Part shown: piece after piece, positions 58,286 to 64,000 of the stretch
Numbering within the stretch: position 1 is the first letter of the stretch
Layout: every line of letters begins with the position of its first letter
Source: Candidatus Methanophagales archaeon
GTDB taxonomy: Archaea > Halobacteriota > Syntropharchaeia > Alkanophagales > Methanospirareceae
DNA length: 64,000 nucleotides
Direction: 5' to 3'
NCBI GenBank assembly: GCA_030602585.1
Contig: JAUVZJ010000005.1
Coordinates: 973 to 64,972 of the forward strand
Program-made: the position numbers and the translations under genes
Notes under the pieces: model-generated
The model's input: only the letters and a program-made list of their open reading frames with translations
Database searches by the model: none
Told to the model about the DNA's origin: nothing

Positions 58286-59734
58286 TCAGCCGCTAAGTTG
58301 CATTGAAAAAATGCTATCAGCCATTATTGGGATTACGACCAGAATGATAGCGGAGACGAAGAATAAGATAGAAGCGTAGAAGCATAGCGAGTATTTGCTA
58401 CTACCGGCTGCGAACATCACCGCAAACGTATTGGAAATCGTTAGTACGAGGAGAATGAAAGTCACGTAATCCGCGATGAAATCGAGATCAGTAACCCCGC
58501 CGATATTAAAGTACCCCATGCTTGTCGGCATACTCCCCCCCGCTCCTCCGACCTCTGCTGAATGCTCCTCCATCATCAGTGCTACTGAATTATTGAACGA
58601 AAACATTATCCGGTATATGAACATGAGAACACCGCCCATCGCCGCATGCAGGGGTATTACAAGATTCATGAACCCGGCGGATACAAGCTTTCTTTTCTCT
58701 CTTAATATGGCTATTCCCAGTGAAGATTTAGCAACTATTTCGCCTATCCTTGTCGGATTACCTCCAAGGTTTATCGCATCCAGGAACACGTTTGTAAATT
58801 TGTTTATTGATTCGGACCCGGTTTCTCCTACGAAATACTGCCAGCATATCTTCGGTTTTATTCCGTTAGTTAATCGTTTATGTAGCCTAATCACGGTATT
58901 TTCTAACGAACCAACGGATTTCTTATCCAGGTGGTCCATTGTCATCGCAAGCGTAGTCCCCGCAATTCCCGCAGTAGAACCAAGGCTCTTTAAAAATGAT
59001 GAGATGTCCATATCCTTTTCCTCTATCCTTTTTCCGTCTATCATTCCAATCACGCCTATCGGTGCGAACAAAGCTCCGACAACGGTAAATATAATCCAGT
59101 GTTCCACACCTATTACCAGTAAAATAAGAGAGGTAATACCAATCGTGGGTAAAATAACCATGCTCACCTTTTTCGCCAGTTTCTGCTCTTCCGATTTTAT
59201 TTCCAGTGAATGCGTCATTTTCTCGTATGGTGCTGCACGGAATATCACATAAACACCGAAAAAAGAAACGAAGCAAAATAAAAGACCGGCTAACATTGAC
59301 GTAGTGAATGTATCGCCCATGTTGAATAGCATGGAGCTTATAAGAAATACAGCAATGACCAGTACTACCGATACGAGCAGCGCAGCATATCCATCCGTCC
59401 ACTTCTTCAGTGTTTCTACATCACTCGTATATTTATTTGTGTACACTTCCACCATTCTTTCTGCTTCGCCGCGCAAGAATTTCTCTTCCTCCTCTCCCGT
59501 GCTTAATGAATTCGAGAACCTGATAAGGAAGTCTTTAAGAGCAGGATGATGAGCCTCCATTGCAACTATTTTGCATGCAGTCGAAGAATCATATCCGTAA
59601 TTCTTCGCTAACAAATGTATTTTTCCCAGCGATTCTGCCGCGGTTCCGTCTTGCTGACCTCCGAGCTCGAATAATTTCAATCTAGTCTGAGGTTGCAACG
59701 GATGACATATAGGTAAGCATGTTAAGAAGGTCAA
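58286..59734 (-). CDS. flaJ: FlaJ/TadC-family polytopic membrane protein (type IV filament platform)
   Basis: Two T2SSF-like repeats with about 9 TM segments. Directly downstream of flaI. Confidence 0.65.
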   Translation of the reverse strand: MTFLTCLPICHPLQPQTRLKLFELGGQQDGTAAESLGKIHLLAKNYGYDSSTACKIVAMEAHHPALKDFLIRFSNSLSTGEEEEKFLRGEAERMVEVYTNKYTSDVETLKKWTDGYAALLVSVVLVIAVFLISSMLFNMGDTFTTSMLAGLLFCFVSFFGVYVIFRAAPYEKMTHSLEIKSEEQKLAKKVSMVILPTIGITSLILLVIGVEHWIIFTVVGALFAPIGVIGMIDGKRIEEKDMDISSFLKSLGSTAGIAGTTLAMTMDHLDKKSVGSLENTVIRLHKRLTNGIKPKICWQYFVGETGSESINKFTNVFLDAINLGGNPTRIGEIVAKSSLGIAILREKRKLVSAGFMNLVIPLHAAMGGVLMFIYRIMFSFNNSVALMMEEHSAEVGGAGGSMPTSMGYFNIGGVTDLDFIADYVTFILLVLTISNTFAVMFAAGSSKYSLCFYASILFFVSAIILVVIPIMADSIFSMQLSG

Positions 59735-59876
59735 GCATTATTGCCTGGTCCTCTTTTATTTTACGCCCAATATCAAAATCAATATTTTTCTTCTTCTCCT
59801 TCTTCTTTATCTTCATTTCCTCTCTATTTTTCCCCCTTTACTTTCATAAAATAAAATAAAATCTGCATTTTTTATT

Positions 59877-61664
59877 TTACGACACACCCTCGCTTTCCAT
59901 CTTGGATAATACGGCGAAGAGATCGTAGAAGCCCCTAACCCCGGAATCGTGTATTTTCTTCAATATCCTCGCCCTCTTCTCCAGTATCTTATACATCTTT
60001 CGCACGTCACTCGACGGAATTCCTTTTTTCGGTGCTATTCTATGCTCCAGCATATACGAATTCATGTTTCCGACGAATTCGAAGGTGTCATTTGTGGGAT
60101 TCCACCTGAAAGTTTCGATAAAAGAGAAAGTTTCAGTAGAGGCGTCATATCCTACTATTTCACTTACACTCGTTACTCTTCTTAGCATTCTACCCTCTGG
60201 ACCTCGCACTGCATTTTGCATGATAACGAAATTTAAGTTGTCAATATACGTCTTAGGGACGTTTATGGGGTCACCGGTAATCCTTTGAATGAGCTTCTCG
60301 ACTGTTGCGGCATGGAAAGTGGACATGGCAGGATGTCCGGTCTGCATCCCTTGAAATACAATAAGTCCTTCCTCTCCCCTTATCTCACCCACGATTATCT
60401 CGTTTGGACGCTGTCTCAAAGAAGCTTTTAAGAGGTCGAACATTTCTACTCCCGCTCCTTCTCCTTCTTTCTTACCCTTATTGGGTCTCGTAATTTCTCT
60501 TATCCAGTTATGATGTGGGACCTGGAGTTCAGGAGTCTCCTCGATGGAAACTATCTTCGACATTGGTGGAATGAAAGTGGTAATAGCGTTCATAGTCGTT
60601 GTTTTTCCCGATGCGGTCTCACCAACGATGAAAACATTCATTCCTTCATAAATAGCAATCCAGAAATACGCCGCCATTATGTAATCGAAAGTGCCAAATT
60701 CTATAAGTTCAAAGATGCTATAAGGAGTTTCGCTGAATTTCCTTATAGTAACGTTGGAGCCTTTCTTCGATATGTCTTTCCCATATACGATGTTTATCCT
60801 TGAGCCATCGGGTAATACGGAATCCAGGATAGGAACACGGTAAGTTAGTGGCTTTCCTATCTTCTCAGAAAGTTTCATGACGAAGTCGTCTAAATCCTCT
60901 TCATTTGCAAACGTTACCGGTGCTTTCAACGATTCAAATATCTTATGCTCTATGAATATGTTCCCTAATCCAGAGCAGGATACATCCTCGATGTTTGGGT
61001 CGCGAAGAAAAGGCTGCAAAACGCCTAATTCCACTCTATCCCTTATCATAAGGTATTTTATTGCTTTAAGCTCAAAAGGAGTTACAGAGATTTTTTCATC
61101 ATCATTTCCATTCCAGAATTTAGGTATAAACTTCAGTAATTTACCATTACCATTACCATTACCATTCCACTTTCCATTTCCACTCACGGCATTTGTCTCT
61201 GTTTTTACTTCGCACACCTCATCTATGCACTCCAGAAGAATCGCCTTTTTCTCTTCATTATCTTTCGGCTGATCGTAATTAGCCACCAATCCCGCTAATT
61301 TTCTCTCTACCACGTCTATCAATCTATCATAGTTATTGAACATGTTAGGCTCAATAGGAATGTAAAAGTCCCTCGCATCCTCTTTATCAGGGCATATATG
61401 CACGGCTACGTCTTTATTTACGGGATAGATTAAATTCGGACGCTTTATAGTTTTCATCTTCGTTGTAAGTTTCGGATAGAATTTTGGAGTTCCAATAGTA
61501 TCCAGAGGAAGCATGTGCAAATACTGGAGAACGTGTTTGCTTTCCTTAACGTGTTCCTTACCCTCTTGTGACAGTATCTGGTATAACCCACACTGCGACA
61601 GGTCACACGAGTCTTCATTATTTTCGACTTTATTATGCTCAAAAGGTAGGTCTGTACTTGGCAT
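59877..61664 (-). CDS. flaI: FlaI/GspE/VirB11-family secretion ATPase
   Basis: Walker A VGETASGKTT, Asp box, Walker B and His box. Carries an (NG)n insert GNGKWNGNGNGNGK. Confidence 0.8.
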   Translation of the reverse strand: MPSTDLPFEHNKVENNEDSCDLSQCGLYQILSQEGKEHVKESKHVLQYLHMLPLDTIGTPKFYPKLTTKMKTIKRPNLIYPVNKDVAVHICPDKEDARDFYIPIEPNMFNNYDRLIDVVERKLAGLVANYDQPKDNEEKKAILLECIDEVCEVKTETNAVSGNGKWNGNGNGNGKLLKFIPKFWNGNDDEKISVTPFELKAIKYLMIRDRVELGVLQPFLRDPNIEDVSCSGLGNIFIEHKIFESLKAPVTFANEEDLDDFVMKLSEKIGKPLTYRVPILDSVLPDGSRINIVYGKDISKKGSNVTIRKFSETPYSIFELIEFGTFDYIMAAYFWIAIYEGMNVFIVGETASGKTTTMNAITTFIPPMSKIVSIEETPELQVPHHNWIREITRPNKGKKEGEGAGVEMFDLLKASLRQRPNEIIVGEIRGEEGLIVFQGMQTGHPAMSTFHAATVEKLIQRITGDPINVPKTYIDNLNFVIMQNAVRGPEGRMLRRVTSVSEIVGYDASTETFSFIETFRWNPTNDTFEFVGNMNSYMLEHRIAPKKGIPSSDVRKMYKILEKRARILKKIHDSGVRGFYDLFAVLSKMESEGVS

Positions 61665-61695
61665 ATTTCATTCAGTTACTCCCTTTTGCTTATGC

Positions 61696-62445
61696 TTATG
61701 CTTTTGCTTTGGTAACAGGAATTATTCGCAAGCCAAATGAAGGCTCGACTTCAAATGCGATTATGTTTCCCGTTGTCCTCTGCGCGCCTCTTATCTTTGC
61801 AACCTCCATTGTTCTTATCAGTCTATCTCCCACCTCTTCTTTCTTTAAGCTGAGATGTGCGTCACATATAGACCTCACGCGGGTCAGCACTTCCTCACCG
61901 AAAGCAAACGTGTGAGCAGTTATCAAGAGTGTCTTGCCGGAATCGCATACTCTCACACAACCAGAGAAGAAACGGAGAATATCTTTATCCGGGGCGTCAG
62001 CGACGAAAACAGTAAGCGAATCTATGAGTATTACGTCCGCATCCTTCGTCTTTATGTCATTAAGGATGTAATCGAGAATAGAAATCTCTTCAGTCCATTC
62101 TACGCCTTCCAAATGGACGGGATAAATCTTAAGGTTTCCAAACACGAAATAATCTGATATGTCCAGGGATAAACTGTCCATTTGTCTCAACAAGCTTTTT
62201 ATGGTGTTTTCCGTGGTATAGGTAGCAAAGCGAAAGCCCTGCTGCAGTCCTCCCCACAGTAATTGTTGCGTTAAAACACTTTTCCCGGTATCGTTTGCAC
62301 CTTCGATAAGAGTAAGAGAGCCGGCGGGTATTCCACCTCCCATCTTCTTGTCCATCTCTGTGTTCCCGCTGGTAAGTACGTCTTTACTGCCATAAACAGA
62401 AGTAATTCTTATTTCTTGATCGTCCGCATCCTTTTCTTCGCTCAT
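61696..62445 (-). CDS. flaH: FlaH-like KaiC/RecA-fold ATPase
   Basis: 249 aa with P-loop GANDTGKSVL and a KaiC-like single domain. Position upstream of flaI-flaJ. Confidence 0.6.
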   Translation of the reverse strand: MSEEKDADDQEIRITSVYGSKDVLTSGNTEMDKKMGGGIPAGSLTLIEGANDTGKSVLTQQLLWGGLQQGFRFATYTTENTIKSLLRQMDSLSLDISDYFVFGNLKIYPVHLEGVEWTEEISILDYILNDIKTKDADVILIDSLTVFVADAPDKDILRFFSGCVRVCDSGKTLLITAHTFAFGEEVLTRVRSICDAHLSLKKEEVGDRLIRTMEVAKIRGAQRTTGNIIAFEVEPSFGLRIIPVTKAKA

Positions 62446-62631
62446 CCTATTTCATCTCTTATTATACTGATATACGATAATAGTAGACAAAAAGGTTTTG
62501 CTGAGCTACTTTTTTTTAACAAACGTTTGTAGTTTTATTAACGAACGAATGATAAAAAAATAGTATTTGATTGGCTCTTTTTTATAACTACAAGATTACA
62601 CAACACTTTTTCTTTTTTAATAAAGATAAAT

Positions 62632-63255
62632 ATGATTAAAAACTATTTTATTGAGTTCATGCTCATGGAAAAAGGAGAGGAAAAGGAGACAGGGGAAGCG
62701 ACGGGGGATAAAGTATGCAGAATGATAGAGGAAGGCTACCTGATGAGTGAGATATGCGAAGAGTTGAAGATAAGCTCAGCGAGTTATTGGGAACTAAAGA
62801 AGGAATGGGAGGAGAGAAAAAGGAGTGAGAGTACAGAGAGGAGGGAATTTCACAGGTTGAGAGTTAGAGTTCATGAAAAATGTAAACGGTTGTTGATGCG
62901 GCTCACAAAGGAAGTGGCAGGATGTTGTGAAAAGGGTGCGGTTGAAGAAATAGAGAGAATACTGGAAGGGCTGCCATTAGTGAGTGATAAAGAGGCGTTA
63001 CAAAAGGATATGGAGGTGTTAAGGGAGAAAGAGAAGGAGATAGAGGATGCCGAGCATAAAACGGGAGTAGAAAGGAGAAGAGGACAAATTAGACAATTCC
63101 TTGAGGGGTTAGTGAAAGCAGAAGAGAGAAGATTAAAGGCTTTGGACGAATATGCAGCAAAACAGGGGTTGAGTCCTGAGGAGAAGAGGAAAATAGAGAA
63201 GCGAATAAGAGAGCAATATGGCGATAAAATGAAAAAAGAAGAAGAATCAGAATGA
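62632..63255 (+). CDS. charged coiled-coil hypothetical protein (possible HTH near N-terminus)
   Basis: EEGYLMSEICEELKISSASYWELKK is a putative helix-turn-helix. The rest is K/E-rich. Confidence 0.3.
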   Translation: MIKNYFIEFMLMEKGEEKETGEATGDKVCRMIEEGYLMSEICEELKISSASYWELKKEWEERKRSESTERREFHRLRVRVHEKCKRLLMRLTKEVAGCCEKGAVEEIERILEGLPLVSDKEALQKDMEVLREKEKEIEDAEHKTGVERRRGQIRQFLEGLVKAEERRLKALDEYAAKQGLSPEEKRKIEKRIREQYGDKMKKEEESE

Positions 63256-63263
63256 ATCTTTAT

Positions 63264-63908
63264 TTAAAAATTACTCAAACCTTCACGCTCTGCCTTTTCT
63301 TTTATTCTTCTTACCTTTTCTTTCACTCTCCTCAGCTCCTTCTCATATACCTTTAACTTCTTCATATCCAAAGCATGAACTATCTTATCGCTTATCCTCT
63401 CTGCATGCATTTTCGCAGAATAATACCATGGTTTTCCCATATCATCAATAAGCACTTCTACAAAATCCTCACATTCCTCAAAAAGCATATCCAATCGCTG
63501 ATTAAACCGTAGATTTTTCATATCTCTTTTTCTTTCTGTTATCTCGTTTTGTATATTCTCTGTATCATGTAGCCAATCAAGAAAAACACTGTATGAGTAC
63601 TCACTATCCCCTTCTACCTTTTCTTTTATTCCTTGTGCCTCTGCTTTCACACGCTTCAAATCCGTCTCACATATTTCCAGCTTCTCTATATCCAGGGCAT
63701 GAGTTATTCTCTCGCTTATCCTCACTGCATCGTTTATTGCCGAATCCCAGGGTTTCCCCGTATCGTCAATAAGTTCCTCTATAAAATCAGTACATTCCTC
63801 GTAAAGCATATCTCTCTTCTGGTGAAATGGCAGGCTTTCCTTATCTCCTTCCACTCTCTCCTCATGCTCCTTTTCCGACACGGTAGATTCACTTTTTGCC
63901 TTTGCCAT
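63264..63908 (-). CDS. hypothetical protein with internal tandem duplication (~100 aa x2)
   Basis: DMLYEECTDFIEELIDDTGKPWDSAINDAVRISERITHALDIEKLEI... repeats as DMLFEECEDFVEVLIDDMGKPWYYSAKMHAERISDKIVHALDMKKLKV... Confidence 0.35.
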   Translation of the reverse strand: MAKAKSESTVSEKEHEERVEGDKESLPFHQKRDMLYEECTDFIEELIDDTGKPWDSAINDAVRISERITHALDIEKLEICETDLKRVKAEAQGIKEKVEGDSEYSYSVFLDWLHDTENIQNEITERKRDMKNLRFNQRLDMLFEECEDFVEVLIDDMGKPWYYSAKMHAERISDKIVHALDMKKLKVYEKELRRVKEKVRRIKEKAEREGLSNF

Positions 63909-64000
63909 AACCCTTTCTTTTGAACGGCTTCACCGTTCCATTGCTTTCAGCAATGCTGAAAAGAAAGCTTCATCAAAGAAAAAGTATCTGCTCAATGAAC

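Overview
This window looks like a euryarchaeal chromosome segment, most likely methanogen- or ANME-like. Supporting genes include Ftr, CooC/CooT, PGF-CTERM surface proteins, an L18e-L13-S9-RpoN-tRNAPro-RpoK operon, FlaHIJ, and many archaeal-type lipobox substrate-binding proteins. Roughly the first 35 kb is a metal (Ni, Co or corrinoid)-acquisition island with heavy paralogy and gene decay. It begins with cooC-cooT, then a nik-type importer lacking ATPases whose genes are interleaved with SAM-methyltransferase paralogs. It continues with a second nikABCDE operon whose binding protein is an internal tandem duplication (1011 aa), three ABC-2 exporter cassettes (one degraded), and four FecB/BtuF-type binding-protein paralogs. 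It also holds an IS with a MITE-like deletion derivative, toxin-antitoxin modules, a SPASM-domain fragment, and several orphan N-terminal stubs of a BtuC-type permease fused to unrelated gene fragments. Next come a frameshifted CobN, a conserved membrane protein, a ChlI/ChlD fusion, BtuCD and a NifH-like gene. This cluster is flanked by two four-helix-bundle (TIGR02436-like) gene copies, each bracketed by short inverted or tandem repeats. The last ~18 kb is mostly housekeeping: the r-protein/RNAP operon, Ftr, FBPase plus class II aldolase, and a PurM-like protein. It also carries secreted and surface proteins, a response regulator, and an archaellum-type flaH-flaI-flaJ trio. No rRNA or CRISPR array was seen, and one tRNA-Pro(CGG) was found. 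Several frameshifts (a methyltransferase, a binding protein, CobN) could be genuine pseudogenes or assembly errors.
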